A stretch of DNA of 64,000 nt from Macrostomum hystrix (Eukaryota > Animalia > Platyhelminthes), in the NCBI GenBank assembly GCA_950097015.1, contig CATNEN010000001.1, positions 9,238,001-9,302,000 on the forward strand, in the 5' to 3' direction. Positions 37,569-49,905 of the stretch are shown here, in pieces. A program made the position numbers and the translations under genes. Below the pieces are notes generated by a model. It had not been told where the DNA came from. It was given only the letters and a program-made list of their open reading frames with translations, and made no database searches. Positions within the stretch are counted from its first letter, which is position 1. Each line of letters starts with the position of its first letter.

Positions 37569-39039
37569 TACATGTATATGTATAGTTGGCAAGTCAACGG
37601 TAATGCTCGTAGAAGTAGTAAATTATGTGACACGCCGCTATAAATCGCTTGGTCAGACGATTTTTAGCATTTGAGAATTATATGTAAGTTTTTTAGTATG
37701 CAAACGATATCCGCTATGCGTTAACGATAAAATTTTCGTTTTCGTATAAAAAATTTCGTATAAAAATTTTAGTAACTCATTTAAAAAATATTGTAACTCT
37801 GTCGTGCAACAGTAGGGTGTTTAGTAGCCCCGATTTTTCGCGTCTCTTGTGCCTTGTCTCATTTCAAACGCTCATATTGATCCCCGATCAGTACATTGTT
37901 GCGGAGAGAGCGTTCAAGAGATCATTGTGACCCCGGGTAATATTCTCCTTAAAATACTTTATTGGGACGAACGAAATTGAACGAAAACATGCTCCGAACT
38001 CCCAAACTCCAGTGACCCATTCCTCAAGGTCAAGAGGAGAATCGACACTTGGAAGACCGATCGCCACAATATCGCACCAAGTAAATAACTTCAGGGCTGG
38101 TCATTACACAGCAAGCGTCTGTTCGGGCCAAGATCGACGACCTGAGGATCACAACAGACTGCAATACCTTCGTGAGGGAGCCAGTGAATATTGTGCTGGC
38201 TGCTCTCAAAATTGACTAAAACCACAAACATCTTCTTTCTGTGTATATTTTGCTCCGGCTTTAAGTTGTAATTTTTAAGCATCATAAATGTAACATAAAT
38301 GATACTACAAATACGATGCAAAAACATAGCACTTTAACAATTTTTTATTCCTTTATCTCATGGAACCTGGGTCCTTGGGACCGCTGGCTTTTTGAAAGAG
38401 TTAACACCAGGAGCTGTAAGGCGATGCTACAAGTCAGCCGAAAAGAAGCATATTATAGTGGGCCTCTATAACAAGCCGCCCAGATTCCATAATTTCATAA
38501 CTATTTGGGGAACCAATATACAGCGATGTTGGAATCAAAACCAAAATTAGCGGCGAAGTTACGCTAAACTGCAGTGGCATGAATCCTGCAAAAGCAGTTA
38601 GAAGACGGAGCAAATTTCGTGGCACAGTTCGATACCTACTGCATGCACCGAGTCTACCCGACTCTGCAGTTCTGTCAGTTCTGGGCGACAAGATTTCGGG
38701 CTACATTTCGCATCAGGCTACATCGGTCGCCAGCTAGCGAGTCAAGAAGCTCCGGTGCGTCTGTTACAAAAATGCTCTAACTGTCCAAACCGTGCAGCTT
38801 GTGCAACTGAAGGACGGAGGTGGCTTGTTTGCCCTTCTGAGCTGTGTGAAGTTTTGCAAGCTTTACAGGCGATATACCCTCACCTCGCCTACTGCATTCA
38901 ATCCTAGATCTATTGAGCGACTAATCATTCGATCCTAAAGCGCTTGTGTCTCGCGATTATGCTACTTTGCCAACCTGTCCTGCTCTGAAGCCGATTATGA
39001 AAATCATCGCTATTTTCTGGTGCGTAAGATCGTAAAGAA

Positions 39040-39580
39040 CTATGTTTCGGTCCGTCTGTCGTAGGGAAGCTTTCAGGGCTGCCCATGACTCACACACCGG
39101 CTACGTCGCGACCTATAACATCATGTCCTTGTCATGTTGGTGGCCCGGCATGCGCTCCGACGTCGAACTATTCGTTCGCCAATGTGCCACTTGCAACAGC
39201 CCCCGTCCAAGGCTAAGCAGGACCAGAGATACGTGGCCAGCACCGACAAACCCATTCCAGATGGACTCGTGAAGGATGCTGGAAATGTCCTGATTATCGT
39301 AGACTCCTACTCTGGCTGGATTGAGGCTTTTCCTTGCAATCATAGGTCATCCGATTGCGTCATTCATTCGCTTCGAACGGTCTTCACCAGATTTGGAGCT
39401 CCGGAGCTACTAAGTATCAGATAATGCTCCCGCATTTCTCAGCGACTCACTGCGATCATGGCTGTCTTTCAACGAAGTAACGAAGCTTGGGACGACGTCC
39501 ACGTATTGCCCTCAAGCAAGCGGAGCAGCAGAGCGGGCTGTTCAAACGGTCAAAGAGCCTTTTCGAGTCTGGACAAGGCA
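39040..39580 (+). pseudogene. Ty3/gypsy integrase fragment
   Basis: HHCC (HDSHTG..WWPGMRSDV..CATC), LIIVDSYSGWIEAF, FGAPE..SDNAPAF and AERAVQTVK, spread across frameshifts. Confidence 0.88.
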
Positions 39581-40108
39581 CTCACTCAGATTTTATTAAA
39601 TTTTAATCATTTAGCATTTTCAGCACATTTGTACTGCTATTTAGGCTGTAGGACCACCGAGCAAAGTAAAGTAAAGCTGAAATAGGTTGAAATTAGTACA
39701 CACATAAGACGCCACAATTATGCGAGCATAATTGTGCATCACACACAATACGAATCTTATGCATTGTGTGTGACATATGTAAAGTAATATATTAGGTGAC
39801 ATTAAGGTAAGTTTGGTCGCGTTACGATAATCAATGTGAACTTGAGCACATGCTAGAAACTCAAAATTGCGTCTGAAATTCCCCCGCAAAAATGCCTAAA
39901 TAATTAACAAAAATTGAGCATGACATATCGTGAGAAATGGTGAGCTGATTGTCAAAATAGTGTCACATTTGACACGAGACGACTAAAATATGAGGTTTAT
40001 ATAACTTATCGATACGAGTATAATGGTACATAAGACAAAGAAGTAGACTTAGAAATCTTAGAATTCAACAATATTTAGACACGATTTCAAAAGTTGTGCA
40101 ATAGCAAA

Positions 40109-41983
40109 ATGAAAAGCTTGTTGCTCGTCTTCCTCGTTGCCACGGCTGCACTTGCCGATGTAAGTTAATCACGGGGTCTGTACTGTACATAGTACAATCT
40201 ATATCTCTTACCATCATACGAACCATCTCGTTACCAATTCCATCTCGCATTTTGAAGTCGTGAAAATTGAACGAGCATACCCTCATTGCACGCAGCAGCC
40301 ACCAGGTGACGACCCGTCGGCTCAAGAATATGGCAATGAAATCGAAGGCGACATGATCGAGCCGTTTGAAGGGGTGGGTATGGCGGTCTTCTGTTGTCAT
40401 ATCAGCATGGGGATTTCTTGGCATTTTGACAACTAAATCAGCGCGACCTCTGCAGGCGTTCTCTGGCCTGCTGAGCACTTCCAATCGCTGGCCTGGCGGA
40501 GTGGTCGTGTACACAATTGACTCCAGCCTCTGTAAGTGCAGAGGGCTTCCAAATCTTATTAGTAGGCTCATTAGTAAGCACTTCATAATTGAGCAGGATA
40601 AAACTTGCTTCCTACCTGTTCTATTTCGTTCACGCAGCGGACACAGCCAAATCGCGCAGTCTGACAGCGATGCAGCGCATCACTCAGGAGACTGGAGGCT
40701 GCATCAAGTTCCGCAAGGCCACCAGCGCCGACGGTTCTAAATACGTCCGCATCCGCAAAAGGGACAGCGGGTGAGATTTTCACAGTGATCCAATATGATT
40801 GTTGTATGATACATTGCAGTAGCATTGATTCTGCCGGACATTGTCAGGTGCTCCGCCACTGTTGGATACTGGGGTCGCGAGACCAACGTTAATTTGGCTT
40901 CGAGCTGCTCCATTGGCACGATTATGCACGAGTTCCAGCACACTCTGGGTTTGTTTGGATTGACAGACTTTTCTAGGAATTTAGGAGTTAGGAGTGTTGT
41001 GATTTGTGGGATTCGATCTTTGCCACCCGAATTTTACGTTTCAGGCGTCTATCATCAGCAGAGCCGACCTGACAGAGATACATTCGTTTCCATCGCTTTT
41101 GCGAATATTCAGACGAGTAAGAAACAATTAATTACTGCGATCTCTCTGCTCATGATTACGAAGTCGTATCGAGATGCCTGCCACTATAGAGGCGATCTAA
41201 ATTCAACTATTTTATTGCTAGTCTCTAATAGCAGCCAAAAGGTTACGACCTACGACACTCATGCGAGGTTATTGGCTAGGTATATGTACATGAAAATGTG
41301 TCTTCCTTGGGCCAAGGTCGATCGATTGCGGGTCGGTGGCAGAGCTGTTAACGCGTTTGCCTCTCGCACTACGGTCCCTAAGTTCGATTCCGTGGCAAGG
41401 CCACATTTATTTGGGGGCGCAGCCGCGGAGAGAAGTCTTGTGGGCTTGTCGTGTAATTTGCGCCCTTGAGGGCCAACCTCCAAGGCACAGATAAGTGTAC
41501 ATACATACAGGGCAGATGTTGACACCTGTGTGAGCGTGTGCCTGCCTAGGGTATTTGTGTGCATGTGTGCTCAGGAGTCAGCGGAATGGGCAGAATTGCC
41601 TCCTCGCTGTCTGTGGGTCTAGTGTCACTTAATTATGTGCCATTGTGCGCAGCCCTCCTGCAAGTATTATTATTATTATGGGCGATCGATTGTCGCCAAA
41701 ATATTTGTCAGCTGTATCCAGAGCTGTAGTCCAATCAAACAATGCCCTCATTGCAGGTCACGAGCACAATTTCGAAAAGCGCAGCAGCACTCAGGTTGGC
41801 TCCTATGGCGTGGCCTACGACTTCGGCAGCCAGATGCACTATTCTGAGTACGCGTTCAGCAAGAACGGACAGAAAACCATTGTGCCTCGGCCCGGCAAGT
41901 TGCCAGATGGTGTTAAGATTGGTCAACGAGATCGCATGAGCAGCGGCGACGTTCGATTGATCAAGGCGATGTACAAGTGCTGA
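40109..41983 (+). CDS. Secreted astacin metalloprotease, copy 3 (7 exons; SINE in last intron)
   Basis: Same exon layout. HEFQHTLGVYHQQSRPDRD and SQMHY present. Ends MYKC-TGA at 41983. Confidence 0.9.
41329..41679 (+). mobile_element. tRNA-derived SINE in astacin copy 3 intron 6
   Basis: Head GGGTCGGTGGCAGAGC, B-box and (TAT)n tail, flanked by duplicated CGATCGATTG. The equivalent intron of copy 2 (about 34255) lacks it. Confidence 0.9.
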
Positions 41984-42759
41984 TTCGGTGCTTGAAATTC
42001 GATCATGACAAATTGAATTCGGAAAATATGCGTGTGAGAATATTGTGACTATAGTTTGATAGAATCACAGTGCACATGACACGTACTGTAACTCCAAATT
42101 TCTATTGGTTTTTGGTTCTTTCCGAGCTCCTTTTTAATTTTAGCACATCGTGTCCTTAAGCATTGCTGGATCGATCGAATAAGTTACTTATCCGATTAGT
42201 TAGGAAACTACTGTATACGCATGTATGTTCGTTATAATTTCTTCAGCAGACTCACTTAGATTCAAAATTGAGTATCCAAATCGGCTAGCAGAAACTTCGG
42301 TGAGTTGTGGCGACCCTCAGTCCATGGACTGAATTTGGAAGTGCGATGCAACAGCTTAGGCCGGACCACTGGCTTGGGAAAGGGCCCAATTTAATGAGCT
42401 TTATCGGCGTCGGGCAAACGTCGCTGGGAAAACGGGTGTCTAACTATCTTCTCTATTTTCTATTAAGCTCTCTGTACAGCAGCATTTTTATTGAAACGAG
42501 TACGCTTTACGCTTGTATATTACAGCCATAGTTTGTTCATGCGTTTTTATTCTATAGCTTGGTATTGATTTAGCATCAACAGAAGCTAAACAGACGGCAG
42601 TCGACATAAATGTGACACGACACTATGCCAGGGACGATCTCAGGCAAGATCGCAGGGACGATTGTGAAAAAGATCAGGGTTAAGAGAAGGTAGAATATGC
42701 AGGACAGCAAAGTACTTTTGTACTTATGGCTCACCCCCAAGGTCCATATCCGTTGAAAA

Positions 42760-44712
42760 TCTCATTGAAAACTCTCATTGAAAATCTCCCCCAACTCAGC
42801 TCCATTGAGAATCGCCTCCAACTCCCATTGAGAATCTCCTCCTTCTCCGAGTGAGAATCTCCTCCTTCTCCGAGTGAGAATCTCCTCCTACTCCCAGTGA
42901 GAATCTTTTCCAACTCCCAGTGAGAATCTCCTCCAACTCCCAGTGAGAATTTCCTCCAACTCTCATTGAGAATCTCCTCCAACTCCCAGTGAGAATCTCC
43001 TCCAACTCTTATTTAGAATCTCCTCCAACTCCCAGTGAGAATCTCCTCCAAATCTCATTGAGAATCGGCTCCAACTCCCAGTGAGAATCTCCTCCACTCT
43101 CATTGAGAATCTCCTCCAACTCCCAGTGAGTTTCTCCTCCAACTCCCAGTGAGATTCTCCTCCAAATCTCATTGAGAATCTCCTCCAACCCCCAGTGAGA
43201 ATCTCCTCCAAATCTCATTGAGAATCTCATCCAACTCCCAGAGAGAATCTCCTCCAACTCCCAGTGAGAATCTCCTCCAACTCTCATTGAGAATCTCCTC
43301 CAACTCCCAGTGAGAATCTCCTCCAACTCTCATTGAGAATCTCCTCCAACTCCCAGTGAGAATCTCCTCCAACTCTCATTGAGAATCTCCTCCAACTCCC
43401 AGTGAGAATCTCCTCCAACTCTCATTGAGAATCTCCTCCAACTCCCAGTGAGAATCTCCTCCAACTCTCATTGAGAATCTCCTCCAACTCCCAGTGAGAA
43501 TCTCCTCCAACTCTCATTGAGAATCTCCTCCAACTCCCAGTGAGAATCTCCTCCAACTCTCATTGAGAATCTCCTCCAACTCCCAGTGAGAATCTCCTCC
43601 AACTCTCATTGAGAATCTCCTCCAACTCCCAGTTAGAATCTCCTCCAACTCCCAGTGAGAATCTCCTCCAAATCTCATTGAGAATCGGCTCCAACTCCCA
43701 GTGAGAATCTCCTCCACTCTCATTGAGAATCTCCTCCAACTCCCAGTGAGTTTCTCCTCCAACTCCCAGTGAGATTCTCCTCCAAATCTCATTGAGAATC
43801 TCATCCAACTCCCAGAGAGAATCTCCTCCAACTCCCAGTGAGAATCTCCTCCAAATCTCATTGAGAATCGCCTCCAACTCTCATTGAGAATCTCCTCCAA
43901 CTCTCATTGAGAATCGCCTCCAACTCCCAGAGAGAATCTCCTCCAACTCCCAGTGAGAATCTCCTCCAAATCTCATTGAGAATCTCCTCCAACTCTCATT
44001 GAGAATCTCCTCCAACTCTCATTGAGAATCGCCTCCAACTTCCAGTAAGAATCTCCTCCACTCTCATTGAGAATCTCCTCCAACTCTCAATGAGAATCTC
44101 CTTCAACTCTCATTGAGAATCTCCTCCAACTCTCATTGAGAATTGCCTCCAACTCTCATTGAGAATCATCTCCAACTCTCATTGAGAATCGCCTCCAACT
44201 CCCAGTGAGAATCTCCTTCAACTCTCATTGAGAATCTCCTCCAACTCTCATTGAGAATCTCATCCAACTCTCATTTAGAATCTCCTCCAACTCTCATTGA
44301 GAATCGCCTCCAACTCCCAGTGAAAATCTCCTCCAACTCTCATTGAGAATCTCCTCCAACTCCCACTGAGAACTCTCATTGAGAATCTCCTCCAACTCCC
44401 AGTGAGACCTCTTATTGAGAATCTCCTCCAACTCCCAGTGAGAACTCCCATTGAGAATCTCCTCCAACTCTCATTGAGAATCTCCTCCAACTCTTATTGA
44501 GAATCGCCTCCAGCTCCTATTAAGAATCACCTCCAACTCTCATTGAGATCTCCTCCAACTCTCATTGAGAATCGACTCCAGCTCCTATTAAGAATCGCCT
44601 CCAACTCTCATTGAGAATCTCCTCCAACTCTCATTGAGAATCTCCTCCAACTCTTATTGAGAATCACCTCCAGCTCCTATTAAGAATCGCCTCTAACTCT
44701 CATTGAGAATCT
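42760..44712. repeat. 23-bp minisatellite (GAGAATCTCCTCCAACTC[CCAGT/TCATT]) with alternating 46-bp dimers
   Basis: About 85 tandem copies. Confidence 0.95.
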
Positions 44713-45189
44713 CTTTTTGCTCTCATCGAGAATTATAATAGCTTTTGAGTCACTTTTACTTTACCCATTGAATAGAGTAGCTATACTATATGCTGTGTGA
44801 GAATAGCTGGATAGCTTATTTATTTCTGTCCTTTTGCACACAGTATAGCTTTTTGATTGTCGTCGTGTGAAAATCCGAATGACGTTGCTTTACAAATGTG
44901 CCAGGGATTTTTTCTGCTCGTTTTACATGTGCGGTTAGCGAAAAATTTCCAGGAAAATAAACGGACTCTGCGGAGTGTCATTTCCTAATTCAGCTACTTA
45001 TGTTGTGGGCTACTTCGTTTATTATACCTACTATATCTAATCTTTAATTCTTCATCAGCAATTTTTGCACACTTTGTAGGCCTAGGGCTAAGCCATTTAG
45101 TATAGCCGTATAGGGCAAAACTAATCAATTTATTTTCATTTATAAGCGGAGTTACACCTAAATAAAGATAGTCCATGAAAGATCAAACG

Positions 45190-45560
45190 TTAGTGGCAGA
45201 GTGGTTAGCCTAACACAATTGTCACTTGCACCAAGGTACCTGAGTTTGATTCTGTGGCAAGGTTATATTCATTTGAGTTGTGCAGCTGCAGAGAGAAGGC
45301 TTGGGGGGGAGGCTTTTGTACAATTTACATCCATGAAGGCCAACCTCCAAGGCACAGTGAAAGTGTAGGGGCCTACACTGCCTGACAATAAGAAAGTCAG
45401 GACACGTGTACATGTAATCAACTGTGTGTGTGTCTCTGCAGGCCTACAGTTCTTAGGATTCATTGAAAATGGCAGATTTGGAAATTGAAATTGGGCTTTG
45501 CTGGCTCTGGGTCTAGTGACACAAATGTCCAAATCAGTGTTGCCACTCTTTATGTATTTT
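45190..45560 (+). mobile_element. Older, diverged copy of the tRNA-derived SINE
   Basis: AGTGGCAGAGTGGTTA, GAGAGAAGGCTTGGGGG, GGCCAACCTCCAAGGCACAG and GGGTCTAGTGAC are shared with the other copies. Confidence 0.8.
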
Positions 45561-46257
45561 AATACGGGCATTTTTGCTGTCTTGTATTTTTATTTATTGA
45601 ATTGTTTCTTCTTATTTTTTATCCTATGAATGGCTCTTGTGAACTGTTAATCATTAATAATTAAATGCCTATTGTTTATCTTATTGATTTTAGTATAGGC
45701 CTACAAATTAATATTGCTAGGCCTATAAAATTTGAAGCGCTAGGCCTAGTGTGGACAAGAAGCATGTCCACAACTTGCAAAATAAAGTAAATGTAAAATC
45801 TTTGTTTGTCAGTAGGGCCTATCTCTAACGTATTGTAGGCCCATGGTTGTGAATTTGAATTGATAGTCATTGTGCTTCTTTTTAAAAGACAAAGCTTCTA
45901 AGCTTCGTTAATTCATCTTCGTTAAAGGCGAATATAATACAATACAGAAGTAATATTGCACTATTCCAGTGTAGGCCCTACTAGATTCTTGATAGCAAGA
46001 TTTCATTTAAGCTAATCAGTTCAAAAATTATTGCTAACATCAATCTATAGGCCTATGCCATTGAACTTTCTAGATAATAGACCTATCTCTAATAAAAGTA
46101 TGTTGTAGGGCCTATGGCTATCTTTCTTACTAAACGCTTAATTCTACTAATGCCAGCAAAGTTGTTGCAGGGTTTTTTTAAAATAGTTAATATCTTCCTG
46201 AATATCATCAAAGTTGTCATAGTTCTTATACACTTTATTCAAATACTGTCTTTAATA

Positions 46258-47843
46258 TAGTATTTGTCATGCTATCTCAGCCTAGAGACATCCAAACTCA
46301 GCCAGCCCATCTCGACAGTGCAATTTTTTACGTAAGCCAGTCGACTTTTACTATAGACATGCTTCTTAAGGCCATGCTATCTCAGCCTGGGACATGCAAT
46401 CTCAGCCACTTTTCAGATGCTATGTCAAGCTGTCTGTGGCTTAGTCTGTGATCGAAGCAAATGAAACAGAATGAGAACAACAAGCAACGAAGACAGAAGA
46501 CGACTGATTGCTGCGTGGACGGAAGGTCAGGACCTACGTGTGGCCGCCAAAGTTCTTCGCATGAATATGAAGACAGCTCGGCATATCGTCAGGATTTATG
46601 AAGCAACGGGCCGGGTGGATGCCCTCCCGCGAGGGGGAAGAAAGATTGGCTCATGCAAGTTCGATGAGGAGATGCGCCAGGCGCTTATTGCTTTCGTGGA
46701 TGCGAACCCCCTGGCGACGCTGAAAGCATTGCGCACGAAGCTGAGTGCCCAGCTTCCCAACAAGCCGCCTGTCACCATCAAGACACTGGCCAGAGCCTTG
46801 GAAGGGGCTTTGTACACGTTCAAGATCGCTACCAAGAACACTGACATCCGACTGAGCGCAAACTCACAGGGGGTGATCGAGAAGAGACGCGAGTACGCGC
46901 TGCTCATGACCGAACTGCAACAAGACACGGTGGTCGTCTACATCGACGAAACGGGTTACAACCTGTGGACTCGCAGATCGCAAGGGTGGTCACGACGGGG
47001 TCAGCCAGTGAGGCGCCGATGCCCGACCCAGAGGGGTCCAAATCTCTCGATCTGCCTGGCCGTGTCTTCCGCTTTGGGGCTGGTGAAGAGCGAGTTTTTC
47101 AGGGGAGGCCAGACGAAGGAGAGATTTCAGCACTTCGTCAACGACCTTGTTGAACAAGTTGTCCCGCAGATCGGCAATGCCAGAGTCGTCATTGTCTGCG
47201 ATGGCCCCACCTTTCACCGTGGTGTGGCAGTGCCGGAGCAGCATCGCCACCAGTTTGAGCTTCATCTGTTGCCCGCCTACTCACCTTTTCTAAACCCCTG
47301 CGAAATGGCCCACAGCGCAGTGAAGGCCTCGATCAAGCTGCAGCTAGCTGACCCTGCACTGGTGGAGGAGGAGGCTGGTGGCCGACCCGATGGGTTCACC
47401 TGCGAAGCTTGGCGCCTCATTCTCTTGGAGCGAGTGGGCCGAGTCGCGCTAGATGCTGTGACGCCGCTAAAGGTGGCCAGATGGGAGATTCACTGCAATC
47501 GGAACTTCCCGCAGTGTATCGCAGAGCAGCCTTTCAACTAGGCTGAGCACTGAGCGTCTTACTGACTTTGTCCGTTGTTGCGTACCCTTACTGACTTTTC
47601 TTGTTGCGTTCATTCATTGCTGTTTGTTGCCATTTCATGTCACGTTACAGAAATGATAGCATTGAGATCTGTTTGCAATTGAAATCTATATTGGCTGAGA
47701 TTGCATGTCCCAGGCTGAGATAGCATGGCCTTAAGAAGCATGTCTATGGTAAAAGTCGACTAGCTCGAGCCAAAAAAACGCATTGCGGAATGGGACTGGC
47801 TGAGTTTGGATGTCTCTAGGCTGAGATAGCATGACAAATACTA
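46258..47843 (+). mobile_element. Tc1/mariner/IS630-superfamily DNA transposon, about 150-bp TIRs, TA TSD
   Basis: TA|TAGTATTTGTCATGCTATCTCAGCC ... GGCTGAGATAGCATGACAAATACTA|TA, with internal repeats of CTCAGCC. Confidence 0.93.
46471..47541 (+). CDS. Intact DD33E transposase, 356 aa
   Basis: N-terminal HTH with PRGGRK linker, YIDETG, VCDG(x33)E and LPAYSPFLNPCE. Confidence 0.92.
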   Translation: MRTTSNEDRRRLIAAWTEGQDLRVAAKVLRMNMKTARHIVRIYEATGRVDALPRGGRKIGSCKFDEEMRQALIAFVDANPLATLKALRTKLSAQLPNKPPVTIKTLARALEGALYTFKIATKNTDIRLSANSQGVIEKRREYALLMTELQQDTVVVYIDETGYNLWTRRSQGWSRRGQPVRRRCPTQRGPNLSICLAVSSALGLVKSEFFRGGQTKERFQHFVNDLVEQVVPQIGNARVVIVCDGPTFHRGVAVPEQHRHQFELHLLPAYSPFLNPCEMAHSAVKASIKLQLADPALVEEEAGGRPDGFTCEAWRLILLERVGRVALDAVTPLKVARWEIHCNRNFPQCIAEQPFN

Positions 47844-49905
47844 TACTTTATATCAATGTAATCAATCTATTGAATGTCTGTTTATTATGCACTTCTTATT
47901 TCAATTCAAATTGGAAGCATTTATGTATTTAATCTGGTAACGTTATATGGCCAATATTTATCCTCTCTATTTACTTCTACTTATAACCTTGCTGTATTAT
48001 TTCTGCAAAAACTCTTTATTGGTCTTTATCCATTTTTTATCAGTCTTTATCTGTTTTTATCATTCTTCAATTACTCTTCAATGAATCTTCAACTCAATCT
48101 TCAGTCTGTCTTGCGCTTTTACCAGTGGATCTAGATTTACAGCTCTCCTTTACTCTGTTTACATTTCTTTCGCAATGTCTCTTTCAAATAACTTCAACAC
48201 AAACACTTCAAGATTCAAGCTTTCTTTATTCTGAACTCCGTCTCAAACGAGGGTTAATTTCTTCTTTTTGGCTTGTGTGTATTTATACCAAAATTTCTCC
48301 TCCTCCTCACCTCCGCGACTTCATTAAAACCTTTTATTTTCAGTGCAATTAAACAAATTGGTACATTCAAACAAATTTTAAATGAAGTTAAACAAAATAC
48401 TAAATTTTTGTGGGAAATGGTTTCTAGGAATTGTACAAACAGGGCCCTATCTCAAGTAACTAAGAGTGCACACAGAGATAACAGAAGTTTTGTTTGTGTC
48501 ATTTAAATTTTGTCATGATACTGTAGGGCAAATTTAATATTCTACCTTTTATCCTTAGAATACCACTAAAGTTGTTCTTAGGTTTTTATAATTATTTACA
48601 TAATTATTTCTTATGTAACAATGTAATTTGAATATTTAACAATAATTTCTGGGTAGCATACTTATTAGTTAGTCTGGATTTATAATTAGTTAGTCTGGTA
48701 ATGTATTTAGTTTGTCTGGGTAACATGTGTTGTAGACCTAACTTCTTAGTAAAGTCTTTATCCCAATGATGCTACCAAAGTTGTCCTAGGGCTGTTCTAA
48801 TAAAATGTTTTTGGGGACTAATAAAAATATTCTCTTATGGCAAACTTATGAGTGTCTTTTAGTTATTTACTTTAAGTAATTTTGATTTTAAATTCAAATT
48901 GGTTGCATTAAATATTTAATTTGGTTGCATTATATTTTCAATATGGCAAATTTTTTTCCTTGATATTTACTTTCCCATTATAACTTTACTTTAATAATTC
49001 TGTACTTATTATTTTATCAGTCTCATTCACTATTTATCCAACTTTATCATTCTTTATCACTCTATCAATCTTTCTTAAGTCTTATCACTCTTCTGTTACT
49101 TTTCAATCAATCTTCAACTATTCTTCATTCCATTTTGAGCTTACCAGTGGATCAGGTTAGGGTTACAGCTCTCCTTTCACTTTATTCACTTTTCTTTCTC
49201 AGTGTCTCAAAATAAATTAAGGTAAACATTTCACTATTTCAAGCTTTTTTATCCTGAACATTGTTCACATAACAAAAATGTTGATTTTCATCTGCCTTTT
49301 ACTTATTTATTTATACCTGCTCTTTATGTCTCTCCTCAAGTTTCTCCACTTCAGTAAAACTTTTATAAACCCGGTGCATTAAAACAAAAGTGGTGCATTA
49401 AAACAAAGTAGTGCATTTAAACAAAGTGTTTATTATATGGAAAACAATTTCTAAGAAAAAAGCCCTAATTTCACATATTTAGTTATTCTGGCCAATTTAA
49501 TTTTTTGCATGTATGTATTTCTTAGCATAGGCTTTCCAGAGAGCATTACCAATGAATTCAAGTCTAAAGCAATAATTTCTATTTCTCTCTCTGAAACTCT
49601 CTAATTATTTTCCTCCGTATTGTATACAATCTTTGCTTAAGTACAAGGCTTCACAATGTTGAGTTTCTTTAGCTGGACTTTTCTGTATATATACTATTTT
49701 GTATTAAAAATGGCAGACACATTCAAACAAAGTTTTATTCATACTTTATAACAAATATTTTTTTCATTTTTAACAAAAGCCACAATTATAACAATCAGTT
49801 TTACCATATTTTGTTATAAAATGCAACTTAAAAAAATCAACCCATTACAATAGTGCTGTGTACAGGCAATGAGAATCTGTTCTCACATTTGCACTTCTAT
49901 TTCAG

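Noticed and set aside
41329-41405. Functional tRNA genes at the SINE heads
   Set aside because: A and B boxes are present, but they run into a shared SINE body and tail with TSDs, and there is no clean cloverleaf.
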